64,000 bases of DNA from Botryllus schlosseri (taxonomy: Eukaryota), in assembly GCA_051294905.1 (NCBI GenBank), contig CM119371.1, forward strand, positions 23,934,001 through 23,998,000. Direction: 5' to 3'. The position numbers and the translations under genes are program-made. The notes under the pieces were generated by a model. That model saw only the letters and a list, made by a program, of their open reading frames with translations. It made no database searches and was not told the DNA's origin. Shown here piece by piece: positions 63,472-64,000 of this stretch (its first letter is position 1; every line of letters begins with the position of its first letter).

Positions 63472-64000
63472 GCGTACACGTTCATTTGCGCCACGACATT
63501 ATTTAAGTAATTTCAGTCCGTCACCGTTTGTAATGTTTCGGACCACTTACAGTTCTCGCTCTGTCTCATCATCGGCCACCCTCGTTTTTCATGCGTTCAT
63601 AGCTTGAACCTTGCTACCGACTTTTGGCTTGGCCTACTTTAACTCCGGGCTTTCGGAACACTGCTACGGCAGTTAGGTCCGCGATGTGGCGTCCAGGGAA
63701 ACCTCGGACACATATAAACTTGGTAGAGCCGAGACTCGTACCAACGCAACAGCCCCTCGCTTCCCTAGCTGAGGGAGGTGGTGACTTCAAAAATATATGG
63801 GATATCAAATTATCCTCTGGTGGCCTGTTAGTTATTACTTTGTTTTATGTTTTTTTTTTTGCGACCTCCCGTCTCCTATATAGTCAAAATATATTGGAAT
63901 CGTCCGAACGTACCATATTAAACCAAAAGTAAAACTGCATACGCTATTAGAAATTGGCATTTCTGCACGGGGCGCGTCATTTTCCTCTGTGGACCTTCGG

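Overview
AT-rich eukaryotic (animal, probably marine invertebrate; inference) DNA made up mostly of nested transposable elements, with candidate exons of NLR-type genes at both ends. From left to right: (1) two head-to-tail R4/Dong-type non-LTR retrotransposons, one with an intact ORF; (2) a 15.7 kb ISL2EU/Harbinger-like TIR unit (13541-29227) that encloses an unusual retrovirus-like genome. That genome reads gag CCHC, protease, G-patch, Ty3/gypsy-like RT and RNase H fused to a Tpt1/KptA RNA 2'-phosphotransferase-like domain, then a second ART-like ORF, a small TM ORF and an intact 913-aa envelope-like glycoprotein. It has no recognisable integrase and appears circularly permuted; (3) a decayed gypsy LTR element interrupted by a CACTA/EnSpm element; (4) a Harbinger element with nested hAT elements; (5) many hAT-type MITEs with 8-bp TSDs; (6) the NACHT exon of an NLR gene. 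Domain calls come from motif recognition by eye; no searches were run.
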